The position numbers and the translations under genes are program-made. Shown piece by piece: positions 18,904 through 29,680 of a stretch of DNA of 64,000 nt. The stretch comes from Pseudomonadota bacterium (GTDB taxonomy: Bacteria > Pseudomonadota > Alphaproteobacteria > RF32 > CAG-239), in NCBI GenBank assembly GCA_918234285.1, contig CAKJXZ020000020.1, positions 14,777-78,776 on the forward strand, in the 5' to 3' direction. The notes beneath the pieces were generated by a model. That model worked only from the letters and a program-made list of their open reading frames with translations. It was not told the origin of the DNA and made no database searches. The first letter of the stretch is position 1, and each line of letters begins with the position of its first letter.

Positions 18904-21453
18904 TTAATTATAAACATTGCCTTTATTAGGCGTTATATTACGGACAACCGACTTATCGGATTTGGCAGGCGCGGTCTTTTCCGCCGTGTCTTTTCCCGAT
19001 ACGGTTGCCGTTTTCCCGGTTTGCGAATGATGTTCTTCGCCCGAATACTCACTTTCCTCGGCCGCCTGTGTCCCCGAATTCTGTTTCGGGTGGGTGCGAC
19101 GATATTCCGGCAAATATACATCATTGAATTTCTTAAAATCAAGGCGAACGTTGCCGATTTTAATGAGTTCAATCTTGTCGATACCTAAAGCGGTCAAGTC
19201 GTCGTTAATACTGTCGCAGTTACCGATGGCGGTATTACAAGCCTCACGCAATGCAATATGCGGGGCGGCTCGCGGACCATAAACCGAAGCATCGCCGTAA
19301 GATTTTTCAATCAGTTGATCACGCAAATAGAACTCGGTTTCTTTGGTTCTTAAATCGTGATTATACAAGATATTAAACAATTCTTCCATCTGCTGATTGT
19401 TAAACTTGTGTATCGGTCCGCCCAAAGCACGCACTCTGGCTTTTTCATCATTTGATAACCCTCTGATACCCGGCGCGTTCATAACATCGCCGCCGCGTTC
19501 AAGAGCGGTTTTATATACTTCAAACGTTTTCAGCAAAGCCTTATAGGCGGCAACTTTCTTAACCGCTCCCTCATAAGGATCCTGAGTACGCAAAATTCCT
19601 TTAATCTTACTCTTAAGCACTTTGGAATATGCGTCGGTAAAGGCCGAATAACGATAGGTATTGATTAAACCGTCAATAAAGGCCTGCTCGCTTTCGCTGA
19701 CGGTCTTGCCCTTTTCACGATTGTGCTTATTCATCTGTTTGGCCAAACGATATTTATACTCAGCCAAATCTTCGGCACTGAGTTTTTCCTTGGCCGCTTT
19801 CAGCATACCTTCGGCCTTGGATTTATCAAGACCCATACCGATAGGAACAATGCCTTTTTCACCCATAGCCTTACGCCACATACCTTTTTCGTCATTCTTC
19901 GGCATTCCCGGCGGGAACGTAATCGCGGTATATCCTAAATCTTTCAACTGGCCGACGATATCTCCCAAATAACTTTCATCAATCTTTTTGTGGTTAGGGG
20001 TACGATAGGCAAAATGTAAAACGCCTTTATCGTCAACATCAATAAACAATTTAAGCGCATAAGTATATTTAACACTGCCGTCTTTGGTTTTCATGCCGTC
20101 TTTCTTGCGGTTGTCTTTATCTTCGCTGTCATAAATGATAAACTCGGTCCAGCCGCCACCGAAAAAGCCGGTACTGGTTTTCCAATAAGATAAGTTTTTC
20201 TCTTTGCTCCAGCCTTCCTGCATCATTTTTTCAAAGAGAGCGACCGCCTTCTTTTTGGTTATTTTGTTCGGCGCCGGAGTTGCCGCGTTTTGCGTCGGTA
20301 CCGATACCGATTGAGCCGCGTTGATATTACCGTTTTCTTCGGCTGCGTGCGCATCCAGATTATCCGGAACATCGCTGTCCGGAACCGCCGCGGTTGCCAC
20401 ACCTCTGGCTAAACGTTGTACCTTACCGAGGTTTTCCGGAGCTTTTTCCGCCACGGCCGTCTCATCGTCATAATCCGGATATAACGGCTCCGAAACTGCG
20501 GAAGAAACAAAATCTTCTTCCGGCAAATCATACGAGATATCATCTTTTGAAACACCTTCCGGCAGTTTGCCATCGGTAGTCAGACTGATATTCTGTAACT
20601 CTTCCTCAAGCTCTTTTTCGCGTTTCTTTTGGGCGGCATATTCTTTGGCATTAGCTTCGGCAATCTCTGCTTCTTTAGCTGCCTTAGCCTCAGTTAATGC
20701 CTGATTGATTCTTTCTCTGATGGCTGACTCGGCCAACGTACCGTCAAAATTACGGATTTCCATATCGGAAACGGAAAGACCGTGGGCTTCGCAAAAAGCA
20801 AAAATTGCTTTAAGTTTTTCATCGTCGAGATTATTCTGAGTTTCTTCATCAAACGAAAGTTGCATCTTAATCTGCGGCGGCATATTCGGCTGATTGTACT
20901 CCATCATACCGATATTGTATTCTACGTCAGCTTCTTTATCGCTGATATGCAGAGCCAATTGTTTAACCCGCTCGTCTCTGTCGGCGCGCATTTTGAAATA
21001 TTGATCTTGCGTCAGCATATCGCCGTTATCGGTAATATCCACTTCAACAAATTGTATTTCTTCGGGATTGCCGTATTTTTCGTTATTATCTTTAATGTGA
21101 TACAGATGAGCAAATTCGTTACCGTATTCGTGCAGATAATCCGCATATTTTTTGACCGAATCATATCTTTTTTGCACCGGCTGACGCGAGCGATTAAGGT
21201 AGATATATTCACGACTCAGCTGTTCGGCGGAAAACCCCCTTTTATCTTCGTCTTCCTCTTTGCTGATTACATCGAGTTCCCGACGATATTCATCATACTC
21301 GTCGAGTTCTTCTTTTAATGATTCCATGGTTGTTGCAAATTTCTTTTGCAATTCCTCCTCCGAATAATCCTTCGGAAGCCGGCTGAGTCCTTTATTTTCA
21401 AGGTAAGATTGCGCAACGATTACGTCATCTTTTTCCATCTGATTTTCGGCCAT
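18904..21453 (-). CDS. Large hypothetical protein (acidic coiled-coil N-half, globular C-half)
   Basis: 849-aa ORF with GGGGG SD; no family recognised. Confidence 0.8.
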   Translation of the reverse strand: MAENQMEKDDVIVAQSYLENKGLSRLPKDYSEEELQKKFATTMESLKEELDEYDEYRRELDVISKEEDEDKRGFSAEQLSREYIYLNRSRQPVQKRYDSVKKYADYLHEYGNEFAHLYHIKDNNEKYGNPEEIQFVEVDITDNGDMLTQDQYFKMRADRDERVKQLALHISDKEADVEYNIGMMEYNQPNMPPQIKMQLSFDEETQNNLDDEKLKAIFAFCEAHGLSVSDMEIRNFDGTLAESAIRERINQALTEAKAAKEAEIAEANAKEYAAQKKREKELEEELQNISLTTDGKLPEGVSKDDISYDLPEEDFVSSAVSEPLYPDYDDETAVAEKAPENLGKVQRLARGVATAAVPDSDVPDNLDAHAAEENGNINAAQSVSVPTQNAATPAPNKITKKKAVALFEKMMQEGWSKEKNLSYWKTSTGFFGGGWTEFIIYDSEDKDNRKKDGMKTKDGSVKYTYALKLFIDVDDKGVLHFAYRTPNHKKIDESYLGDIVGQLKDLGYTAITFPPGMPKNDEKGMWRKAMGEKGIVPIGMGLDKSKAEGMLKAAKEKLSAEDLAEYKYRLAKQMNKHNREKGKTVSESEQAFIDGLINTYRYSAFTDAYSKVLKSKIKGILRTQDPYEGAVKKVAAYKALLKTFEVYKTALERGGDVMNAPGIRGLSNDEKARVRALGGPIHKFNNQQMEELFNILYNHDLRTKETEFYLRDQLIEKSYGDASVYGPRAAPHIALREACNTAIGNCDSINDDLTALGIDKIELIKIGNVRLDFKKFNDVYLPEYRRTHPKQNSGTQAAEESEYSGEEHHSQTGKTATVSGKDTAEKTAPAKSDKSVVRNITPNKGNVYN

Positions 21454-21530
21454 GAATACCCCCCATTATCTTAAGTTTGCCCGTAATATAACACACTTTT
21501 TTGCAAATAGCAACAACTTTTGACAAAAAA

Positions 21531-22073
21531 TTAACGCTTACGCAGAAATAAAACCCGAGCCAGGCCGTAAATCCGCTCATCCAGCAGTTCAAATGCCTCC
21601 GGCAGAGGAAAAAGTTCGTCTTTACGTACCTCAACCACACAAATTGCCTGTTCGCCGAGCCAATTTTGTGCAAGTAATTGCTCCAAAGCCAGTTCCGTCA
21701 GCCCTTTAGCATACGGCGCATCCATAAAAATCATATCATATTTCCGACGTGCCCGCGGCAAACGGGTGGCATCGGCTTTCAAAACAGCAAAGCGCTCTTT
21801 TTCTGAGGCAAACAATTTGGCATTTTTGCTGATCGGCACCGTATCAATGTCGGCAAACGTGACATAGCCGAAACCGCGCGACAATGCCTCAAAGCCGAAA
21901 GCGCCGGTGCCACAAAAAATATCCAAAAGGCTCAATTTGCCGTAATCGCCGCCGAGTTTAGAGTATAAAATATTAAAAATCGCTTCGCGCGCCCGCTCCG
22001 ATGTCGGCCGTACGTCCTTGCCTTCCGGTGCCCATAACTTTTTACCGCGATATTTGCCGCCGACTATTCTCAT
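21531..22073 (-). CDS. rsmD: 16S rRNA m2G966 methyltransferase
   Basis: MRIVGGKYRGKKL, RPTSERAREAIFNIL, LDIFCGTG, FMDAPY. Confidence 0.93.
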   Translation of the reverse strand: MRIVGGKYRGKKLWAPEGKDVRPTSERAREAIFNILYSKLGGDYGKLSLLDIFCGTGAFGFEALSRGFGYVTFADIDTVPISKNAKLFASEKERFAVLKADATRLPRARRKYDMIFMDAPYAKGLTELALEQLLAQNWLGEQAICVVEVRKDELFPLPEAFELLDERIYGLARVLFLRKR

Positions 22074-22786
22074 AACTTATCCCCGAGTTGTTCCTTAAGC
22101 ACCTTTTGCGGCACTTCTTTGACTTCGCCCTTTTGCAAACTGCCAAGCTGAAACGGCCCGTATGACAAACGAATCAGCCGAGCCACCTCGAGCCCGATTG
22201 ACTTCATCAATTTGCGCACTTCGCGATTTTTTCCTTCGTTTAACGTAACCAAAAGCCAGCTGTTAGAGCCGTTTTGGCTCTCGAGTTCGATTTTAACCTT
22301 GCCGTACTGCACGCCGTCGATAACCACTCCCTTTTCTAGTTCTGCCAATTTTTTGGGCTCGACTTTGCCGTGCACCCGTACTTTATAGCGGCGGCTCCAA
22401 CCGTTGGCCGGCAACTCCAGTTTGCGCGAAAGCTCGCCGCTGTTGGTCAACAAAAGCAAACCTTCCGAGTTCAAATCGAGCCGGCCCACGCTGATAACCC
22501 GCGGCATTTCCGGCGGCAGATTATCGAATACCGTCGGACGATTTTCCGTATCTTTGTGGGTGGTCAGCAGACCGGTCGGTTTATGATACAACCACAACCG
22601 TGTCTGCTCAATTGTCGGCAACTTTTCGCCGTCGAGCAAAATCTTTTCGTTGCCCTCAACATTAAAAGCCGGACTTTCGACGAGTTTGCCGTCAACCGTA
22701 ACCCGCTTTTGCTTAATCAGCTCCTCGGCCTGTCGCCTTGAACAAACTCCGCTCCGTGCCATAAATTTTGCAATCCGTTCCGTCAT
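22070..22786 (-). CDS. rluB: rRNA pseudouridine synthase (RluB/RsuA family)
   Basis: S4 domain ERIAKFMARSGVCSRR, VGRLDLNSEGLLLLTN, EGKNREVR. Confidence 0.88.
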   Translation of the reverse strand: MTERIAKFMARSGVCSRRQAEELIKQKRVTVDGKLVESPAFNVEGNEKILLDGEKLPTIEQTRLWLYHKPTGLLTTHKDTENRPTVFDNLPPEMPRVISVGRLDLNSEGLLLLTNSGELSRKLELPANGWSRRYKVRVHGKVEPKKLAELEKGVVIDGVQYGKVKIELESQNGSNSWLLVTLNEGKNREVRKLMKSIGLEVARLIRLSYGPFQLGSLQKGEVKEVPQKVLKEQLGDKL

Positions 22787-22849
22787 TTTTCTTCCTTTTT
22801 TGATAAATATGGTTTATAGTAGCAAACAAGTCTAAAAAAAGAGTGAACA

Positions 22850-23302
22850 ATGACTAACGAAGAATATATGCAAATTGCGCTCAAATTGGCACGACAGGCG
22901 GCACAAAACGACGAGGTGCCGATTGCGGCATTGGTGGTTAATCCAAGCACCGGCGAGATTATTGCCGCGGCCGCCAATGAAAGCGCGCACGGTTCTGATG
23001 CCACGGCGCATGCCGAAATTTTAGCCATTCGCCGCGCCTGCGAGAAGCTCAATACTACCCGTTTGTGGGATTTGGATATGTATGTTACGCTCGAACCGTG
23101 CACCATGTGTGCGGCGGCGATTTCTTTTGCCCGTATTCGTAATCTTTATTTCGGCGCGGCGGACGAAAAAGGCGGTGCCATCGTCAGCGGGGTTAAATTT
23201 TTTGAGGCCCCTACCTGCCACCATCGCCCTAATGTTGTCGGCGGCATTTGTGCCGACGAATGCGGCACTCTGCTCAAAGAATTCTTCAAAGCCAAACGTT
23301 GA
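22850..23302 (+). CDS. tadA: tRNA adenosine(34) deaminase
   Basis: EVPIAA, AHAE, TLEPCTMC. Confidence 0.9.
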   Translation: MTNEEYMQIALKLARQAAQNDEVPIAALVVNPSTGEIIAAAANESAHGSDATAHAEILAIRRACEKLNTTRLWDLDMYVTLEPCTMCAAAISFARIRNLYFGAADEKGGAIVSGVKFFEAPTCHHRPNVVGGICADECGTLLKEFFKAKR

Positions 23303-23314
23303 TACAGTAAAAAT

Positions 23315-23761
23315 TTATATAGCTTTGATTTTTTCAACTTCAGCGCGCGCAAGTGCATCGCAACGCTCGTTTTCGGCATGGCCGTTATGCCCTTTTACCC
23401 ACACCCAGCGAATTTCGTGCTGATTAACCAACTCATCAAGCTTTTGCCACAGGTCGATGTTTTTAACTTCCTGCTTTTTGTGTGCCGTATGCCAGCCGTT
23501 TTGTTTCCAGTTTACCATCCACTCGGTAATTCCTTTCATCACATACTGGCTGTCGGTATACAGCGAAATATTGCAGGTTTTCTTCAAAGCGCTCAGCGCC
23601 GATATTACCGCCATCAGCTCCATCCGGTTGTTGGTGGTATTTTCCTCGCCGCCGCTCAATTCTTTTTCTACGTCCTTATAGCGCAGAATCGCACCCCAAC
23701 CGCCGGCTCCGGGATTACCGGAACAAGCGCCGTCCGTAAAAATTTCCACTCGTGCCGTCAT
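23315..23761 (-). CDS. rnhA: Ribonuclease HI
   Basis: [44 protein letters not shown]. Confidence 0.96.
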   Translation of the reverse strand: MTARVEIFTDGACSGNPGAGGWGAILRYKDVEKELSGGEENTTNNRMELMAVISALSALKKTCNISLYTDSQYVMKGITEWMVNWKQNGWHTAHKKQEVKNIDLWQKLDELVNQHEIRWVWVKGHNGHAENERCDALARAEVEKIKAI

Positions 23762-24825
23762 TCGACTTCCTTCAAAAATTCGCTGAAAAATTCATTGAGC
23801 AACAAATCGGAACTGTCTTCCGAACGCATAGCCTTCGCCACAAACGAGCGCAGATTGTTTTTTGCCCCGTAAATGCGGAAAGATTTAGGCATTGCCCCGT
23901 CGGCACCGACCACGCCGTTAATCAGCAAATCATCTTCCACAAACTCCGAAAGCACAATCTCAATATGCGCAAACTTCATAATTCCGCGCGGCGGCAAACG
24001 CAACTCCGGTTTGGTAATCAGATTAAGATGTCCTTCCAAACCGAGCATATTTGCCGTCATGTTATAATCGGAAAAGCGCACGCGGTTATATTCGCCGCCG
24101 GTGTTATCGGTGGTGCAGGTCAGATACAACTCGCGCGCAATGGCATTACTGTCGTTGATACAATGCACATCAAAACCGATTTTAACATATTTTTGTGGCG
24201 GGGTATCGATGGTTTTCGGATACAGTATGTCTTCCTCGTCGTTTTCCACCACTTCCAAACTGCGGTTTTCCAGCTCCAGCGACACATTCGGTTGCGGACG
24301 GCGGCCGAACATTCCGGCAATAACCGCATACGGTGCCGGCACATTGTTGGAACCGGAGCGGATATACATGGTGTTACCGATAGTGGTCATCAGCGGCGCG
24401 ATTTCCGATTTAGGAATATAGGTGGCCAGATAACCGTCGCCGTTTTTATCTTCACAAATAATATGGTTGCGTACCCGGTTGTGGCTCGGAATGGTGCAGC
24501 CGGAGATGGCGCTTTCCACCCAGCTCATAAAACGATGTACGTTTCTGACCTTGACTTTAGCCTTGGCCACATCGCCGATATCAATATCGCGCGAGCATTC
24601 CACCCCCCAGACGATTACACCTCCCTCAGAGTTGCCGAAGCCGGAAATACATTTGGCTAAATTGCGCCGGTCATCGGGGCTCAAAGACCAACCGTGTTTG
24701 CCGGTGGACGAGGCCTGCTTAAAATCCATAAACAGCTCCTCGGTTTGGCGGCTGCGAATAAACTCATCCAACGCATCTTCGCCGAAATAAATAAGCTTTT
24801 CAAAAATATCTTCAGCTCGCGACAT
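23758..24825 (-). CDS. Schlafen/AlbA_2 domain protein with unknown C-terminal domain
   Basis: TEELFMDFK...[41 protein letters not shown]. Confidence 0.8.
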   Translation of the reverse strand: MSRAEDIFEKLIYFGEDALDEFIRSRQTEELFMDFKQASSTGKHGWSLSPDDRRNLAKCISGFGNSEGGVIVWGVECSRDIDIGDVAKAKVKVRNVHRFMSWVESAISGCTIPSHNRVRNHIICEDKNGDGYLATYIPKSEIAPLMTTIGNTMYIRSGSNNVPAPYAVIAGMFGRRPQPNVSLELENRSLEVVENDEEDILYPKTIDTPPQKYVKIGFDVHCINDSNAIARELYLTCTTDNTGGEYNRVRFSDYNMTANMLGLEGHLNLITKPELRLPPRGIMKFAHIEIVLSEFVEDDLLINGVVGADGAMPKSFRIYGAKNNLRSFVAKAMRSEDSSDLLLNEFFSEFLKEVE

Positions 24826-24898
24826 AGCTTGCTCCTTTGTTTGTTTGAGCGCATTATAACCGATACAATGTAAAAATACAATTAAAGAACGGCTGTTT

Positions 24899-26284
24899 TT
24901 AACAATTCATCGCATTCTTGGCAATACCGGCCAGGGAGGTTTCTTTATAATCCTGATTTAAGCTCAGGCCGGTTTCGTACATGGTTTTAATAATACTATC
25001 CAGGCTCACGATATGCGTGCCGGTGCGTTGCAAAGCCAGACGCGCCGCATTTACTGCCTTTATTGCTCCCATGGCATTACGCTCAATGCATGGCACTTGT
25101 ACCAAGCCGTTAATCGGATCACAGGTCAATCCGAGATTATGCTCCATCGCGATTTCTGCGGCGTTTTCAATTTGGGCATTATTCCCGCCGAATGCCGCCG
25201 CCAAACCGCCGGCCGCCATCGAACAGGCAACCCCCACTTCGCCCTGACAACCGACTTCGGCGCCGGAAATGGAAGCATTGGTACGATAAAGGCTGCAAAT
25301 AGCCGAGGCCGTGGCCAGAAACGTAATCGCGGCATTTTTCTTTTCGGTTTCATTACGGAATTTACCATAGCGTTCCATATAGCGCATTACCGCCGGAATC
25401 AGACCGGCTGAGCCCATAGTCGGAGCTGTAACCATTCGTCCGCCGCAAGCGTTTTCTTCCGCCACGGCAAATGCCCATATATTTATCCAATCAATCGCCG
25501 TCAGCGAGTCCGTATCATTATTATTGAAGCGGTTTTGCAAACGCTCATACATTTCTTTGGCATGACGTTTTACTTTTAATCCGCCCGGCAAATAGCCGTC
25601 TTTTTGCATACCGATATCGATATTTTCCTGCATAATCTGTGCCAATTTCAGTATCTGTTTACTGATTGAGAACTGTTTACCCCAGATTTTTTTCTCATTT
25701 TGCAGCACCAGCTCGGCAATCGTCATTTTATTTTGTTTGCAAATCTGCATTAATTCGGCACAAGTTTCAAATTGATACGGCACCTCATAAGGCTGACGAT
25801 CAATGCGGTGTGTAATTTCATCACGTCGGGCAATGGTGCCGCCGCCGACGGAAAAATAGGTTTCTTCAAGCAAAACTTTGCCTGACGCATCATAAGCGGT
25901 AAACATCATACCGTTCGAGTGCTCGGTTAAGCAGATTTTCTTTTCCAAAACAATATCATCATCAAACGAAAAATCTATCTCGTGCCGACCGCCGAGATTA
26001 AGTTTTCCGCTCTCTTTGATTTGCGCAATATAGTCTGTTTGCGGGTCAATATCTTCCGCCGTCAGACCGGACAAACCGTAGGCAACGGCATTGAGAGTAC
26101 CGTGACCGATACCGGTCAGCGCCAACGAGCCGTATAAATGCGTTTTAAGGCACGCAACATCTGCCAACATGTTCTGCGCCTGCAGATTGTCGGCAAAGCG
26201 CTTGGCTGCCCGCATCGGACCTACAGTATGAGAACTCGACGGCCCGATACCGACGGAAAATATTTCAAACAGACTGTAATACAT
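24899..26284 (-). CDS. sdaA: L-serine ammonia-lyase (Fe-S, single chain)
   Basis: [49 protein letters not shown]. Confidence 0.95.
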   Translation of the reverse strand: MYYSLFEIFSVGIGPSSSHTVGPMRAAKRFADNLQAQNMLADVACLKTHLYGSLALTGIGHGTLNAVAYGLSGLTAEDIDPQTDYIAQIKESGKLNLGGRHEIDFSFDDDIVLEKKICLTEHSNGMMFTAYDASGKVLLEETYFSVGGGTIARRDEITHRIDRQPYEVPYQFETCAELMQICKQNKMTIAELVLQNEKKIWGKQFSISKQILKLAQIMQENIDIGMQKDGYLPGGLKVKRHAKEMYERLQNRFNNNDTDSLTAIDWINIWAFAVAEENACGGRMVTAPTMGSAGLIPAVMRYMERYGKFRNETEKKNAAITFLATASAICSLYRTNASISGAEVGCQGEVGVACSMAAGGLAAAFGGNNAQIENAAEIAMEHNLGLTCDPINGLVQVPCIERNAMGAIKAVNAARLALQRTGTHIVSLDSIIKTMYETGLSLNQDYKETSLAGIAKNAMNC

Positions 26285-26299
26285 TTATGTTACGACGGC

Positions 26300-26782
26300 C
26301 TAATATTGAAAATCTTTGAACACTTCTTCCATCGACTTAACAAAGTTATCATATTCTTCACGCGATACTTTGCCGTCTTTATTGGCATCCATAACGTCGA
26401 TTACCGTTTGATTGGTTGCATCTTTGGTGTTGGAGCGGAACTCCCGCAGTTCTTCTTCGGATAACTTACCGTTGTGGTCGGTATCCAATACCTCGAAGTT
26501 CTTATCCAAATCAGGAGCCTTTTCAGACTGAGCCGCTGCCATTTTTGAATAAAACTCGACATATTCGGTTTTATCGACCGCGCCGTCTTTATCAGCATCA
26601 AGCAATTTGAATGTGTCGGCATTTTGCTGATCCATAGACTTGTCTTGAATTATGGCAATTTCTTCAAGCGTGATATAACCGTCGCCGTTAACGTCGGTTG
26701 CCTCAAAATCTTGCGAAGCTCTGTCGGCAAAAGCCGGAGATGCCAGCAAAACAGCGGCTAAAGTAGCAATAAAATATTTCAT
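26300..26782 (-). CDS. Secreted protein with four EF-hand motifs
   Basis: Signal peptide (PAFA) plus DVNGDGYITLEE, DADKDGAVDKTE, DTDHNGKLSEEE, DANKDGKVSREE. Confidence 0.88.
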   Translation of the reverse strand: MKYFIATLAAVLLASPAFADRASQDFEATDVNGDGYITLEEIAIIQDKSMDQQNADTFKLLDADKDGAVDKTEYVEFYSKMAAAQSEKAPDLDKNFEVLDTDHNGKLSEEELREFRSNTKDATNQTVIDVMDANKDGKVSREEYDNFVKSMEEVFKDFQY

Positions 26783-26791
26783 TTTTCCTCC

Positions 26792-28231
26792 TTATTTATT
26801 GAGTTTATTGATGGCATTTTTAATCCGTTGCAACGTTTCGTTTTTGCCCAAAACACACGCCAATTCGGTTGCACCGCCCGGTGTGGTTTCCTTGCCGGAA
26901 AGCGCAATCCGCACCGGATAGAGAATCTGCCCGTTTTTCATTTCGTTTTCCTGAGCGACCGCTTTCATGGTTTCAAACAAATTTTCGTTAGTCCACTCAG
27001 TCGTATTCTCCAAAACCGGCAAAACCAGTTGCAGAGCCTTCAAAGCAATATCCGTATCTGTTTTCATCTTTTTATTGATGTAAAGTTCGTTTGCATATTC
27101 CGGAACCTCGGCCAAAAATGCCGTTTCGGTCGGAATTTGCCCCAAAGTCTCAACCCGCGGCTGCAACACTGTGCTCAAAGCCTTAAAATCAAGAGTTTGC
27201 GGCAAATCGGCATAATACGGCAGTGCCAATTTATGAAACTCCTCGGCTGACAGATTGCGGATATAGCAACCGTTCATCCAAGTCAGTTTGGTAATGTCAA
27301 AAATTGCTGGTGATTTATTTAATCTTTCACTTGAAAAACACTTTTCAAGTTCTTGAAGTGAAAAGATTTCTCTCTCGTCTCCCGGATTCCATCCGAGCAA
27401 CGCGATATAGTTTAATATTGCCTCCGGTAAATAACCTTTGGCCACTAAATCTTGGAACGATGCATCACCGTTGCGTTTGCTGAGTTTATGTTGAGCATCC
27501 TTCATTACCGGCGGGACATGAACATAAACCGGCGGCGTCCAGCCGAAAGCCTCGTAAATCAAATTATATTTCGGGGTTGAAGAAATATACTCGTTGCCGC
27601 GCACCACGTGGGTTATCTGCATTAAATGGTCGTCGATGACATTGGCAAAGTTATAAGTCGGCAAACCGTCACTCTTAAGCAAAACTCCCTCATCCAGTTC
27701 GTCATAATCAATTTCAATATCGCCGTAAACCACGTCGTGAAAAATCGACGTACCCTTCTTATTAATGTTCTGGCGCACCACGAACGGTTCGCCGGCATCA
27801 ATACGAGCCTTAGCCTCTTCCAACGGAATATGCTTGCACGGATCTTTGAGTTTGATATGTGCTTCCGGAGTATCCTCATCCGCATCCTTATCTTCTTCTT
27901 TTTGTGCGCAAAAACAATAGTGTGCACCACCAAGTTCAACCAATTTATGAGCATATTCCGCATATAACGGTTTACGTTCCGATTGCACATACGGTCCGTA
28001 ATTACCGCCGATATCCGGCCCTTCGTCCCAATCCATACCGACGCGTTTCAAAGTTTTGTAAATAATGTCGGTAGCGCCTTCAACATAGCGCTTTTGGTCG
28101 GTATCTTCTATACGTAAAATAAAATCTCCGCCGTCTGATTTGGCGATTAAGTACTCATAAAGCGCTGTGCGCAAATTACCGATATGCATATATCCGGTCG
28201 GGCTCGGCGCAAATCTGGTTCTGGTTTTCAT
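26792..28231 (-). CDS. gltX: Glutamate--tRNA ligase
   Basis: RFAPSPTGYMHIGN, LRIEDTD, ITHVVRG, KLSKR. Confidence 0.96.
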   Translation of the reverse strand: MKTRTRFAPSPTGYMHIGNLRTALYEYLIAKSDGGDFILRIEDTDQKRYVEGATDIIYKTLKRVGMDWDEGPDIGGNYGPYVQSERKPLYAEYAHKLVELGGAHYCFCAQKEEDKDADEDTPEAHIKLKDPCKHIPLEEAKARIDAGEPFVVRQNINKKGTSIFHDVVYGDIEIDYDELDEGVLLKSDGLPTYNFANVIDDHLMQITHVVRGNEYISSTPKYNLIYEAFGWTPPVYVHVPPVMKDAQHKLSKRNGDASFQDLVAKGYLPEAILNYIALLGWNPGDEREIFSLQELEKCFSSERLNKSPAIFDITKLTWMNGCYIRNLSAEEFHKLALPYYADLPQTLDFKALSTVLQPRVETLGQIPTETAFLAEVPEYANELYINKKMKTDTDIALKALQLVLPVLENTTEWTNENLFETMKAVAQENEMKNGQILYPVRIALSGKETTPGGATELACVLGKNETLQRIKNAINKLNK

Positions 28232-28392
28232 TTTATCTTCCTTATATTATCAAAATTCAGCTGCTAATCAGAATAAAACAAAAAATAAGGAATGCAAGCA
28301 AAAAAAATAACGATTTCCGAAAATAGATATTGACAAAAACTAAAAAATAAATATAGATTTAATTATGATTTATATTATTGATTTAGACCCCG

Positions 28393-28848
28393 TTGAAAAG
28401 GCAGCGGTTATGTTTGTGTATGGTACCATTAGTAACGGAATTTTACGGAACAGTTGTCGGAAGGCATCCGTTCATTTCAGTCAATGAAAGTGGCGACAGA
28501 TATCAGGAAGCCGAGATGTTTGATGTGGATATCGATTCATACAAGCCTATTTCCTATGCTCCGCTTTCAGGGCAGAAAAAAAGTGATGTGGTTATACCCC
28601 ATGAGGCCAGAGTTCAGTTTAGTATCAATACTTTTGAACCTGGGTATGACTATGCCGAAATCGAAAAGACCTTAAACAGTCTTACCGTTGGCACGAAAAT
28701 TGCTTTCCAGGTGAGAGGTTGCGAGGAGGTTGATCCTATCAATGAAAGTGTCGGCTTTACGGTCATTTCTATCAATGTTATCGGCAACGAGAGGAAAGAT
28801 TTGGGTGATTATCTCTTCTCTTTCCATAAGAATCAGGGCTATCTTTAA
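28393..28848 (+). CDS. Hypothetical protein (start uncertain)
   Basis: ORF lies between a TTGACA element at 28330 and a perfect hairpin terminator; the start could be ATG at 28420. Confidence 0.55.
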   Translation: MKRQRLCLCMVPLVTEFYGTVVGRHPFISVNESGDRYQEAEMFDVDIDSYKPISYAPLSGQKKSDVVIPHEARVQFSINTFEPGYDYAEIEKTLNSLTVGTKIAFQVRGCEEVDPINESVGFTVISINVIGNERKDLGDYLFSFHKNQGYL

Positions 28849-28868
28849 GCTGTTTCCGAATTTTTAAT

Positions 28869-28907
28869 AAAAAGTACGACCGATTAGCAGTCGGTCGTAC
28901 TTTTTTT
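28869..28907. terminator. Bidirectional intrinsic terminator
   Basis: AAAAAGTACGACCGAT-TAGC-AGTCGGTCGTACTTTTT between convergent genes. Confidence 0.8.
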
Positions 28908-28917
28908 GTATCAGCTT

Positions 28918-29586
28918 TTACGCTTGAATCAGCTGACACATGGCTCCAACCAAATTTTGTGCCCCCTGACAGACATCGGTCATATTGGTGGCAAGCATAT
29001 AGGCCGGAGTGGTACAAATGCGATTTTCGCGATCGACACAAACATCGGTAACCCCTACTTCTTCATGCACCACACCGAGCTCTTCCAATTTTTCGGCAGT
29101 TGTTCCGCCCGCTCCTAAAGTAAAGTGAATTTTCTTGTCGGCCAAAGCCATTGCCACCATGGCAGGTGCAATACACATAGCGCCGATAACCAGCTTTTTA
29201 TCATAACATTCACGAATAACGTTATAAATACCGCGATTAATGTCACAATCCGTACCTTTGGCGGCGAAATCGCACCAATTGGTGACGGCGCCCAAGCCGC
29301 CCGGAAAGATTATCCCGTCGAAATCTTCGGCCTTAAATTCATTCAAATCCAAAATATTGCCGCGGGCAATACGGGCTGATTCAACCAAAACGTTACGTGT
29401 TTCCGGCATCGGTTCGTTATTAAGATGATTAATTACCGCCGCCTGTCTGATATTAGGGGCAAAACATTGATAGGTGCACCCCATATTTTCTACACACAAT
29501 AACGCAAATACAGCCTCATGAATCTCTGAACCGTCGGCGCGACCGCAACCGGAAAGAACTACGGCAAAATGTGGATTTTTGTTCAT
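28918..29586 (-). CDS. elbB: ElbB/ES1-like glyoxalase (DJ-1/GATase1 family)
   Basis: VVLSGCG..DGSEIHEAV, RNVLVESARIARG, FPGGLGA, MCIAP, TTPAYM. Confidence 0.9.
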   Translation of the reverse strand: MNKNPHFAVVLSGCGRADGSEIHEAVFALLCVENMGCTYQCFAPNIRQAAVINHLNNEPMPETRNVLVESARIARGNILDLNEFKAEDFDGIIFPGGLGAVTNWCDFAAKGTDCDINRGIYNVIRECYDKKLVIGAMCIAPAMVAMALADKKIHFTLGAGGTTAEKLEELGVVHEEVGVTDVCVDRENRICTTPAYMLATNMTDVCQGAQNLVGAMCQLIQA

Positions 29587-29680
29587 TTACATACTCCTTT
29601 TTTAATATTTCTGTTGATTTATCCTAATCAGACAATATAATGCTGTCAAATCAATTTTTTTAGAGCGGAGGAATATTTTC

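Noticed and set aside
23752-24660. Long antisense ORFs (also 8353-9087, 39588-40511, 50613-51215)
   Set aside because: They are shadows of well-supported genes on the opposite strand.
28365-28487. 40-aa ORF (MIYIIDLDPVEK...) overlapping the 28393 ORF, suggesting a programmed frameshift
   Set aside because: No convincing slippery site and no homology evidence; it may simply be start-site ambiguity.
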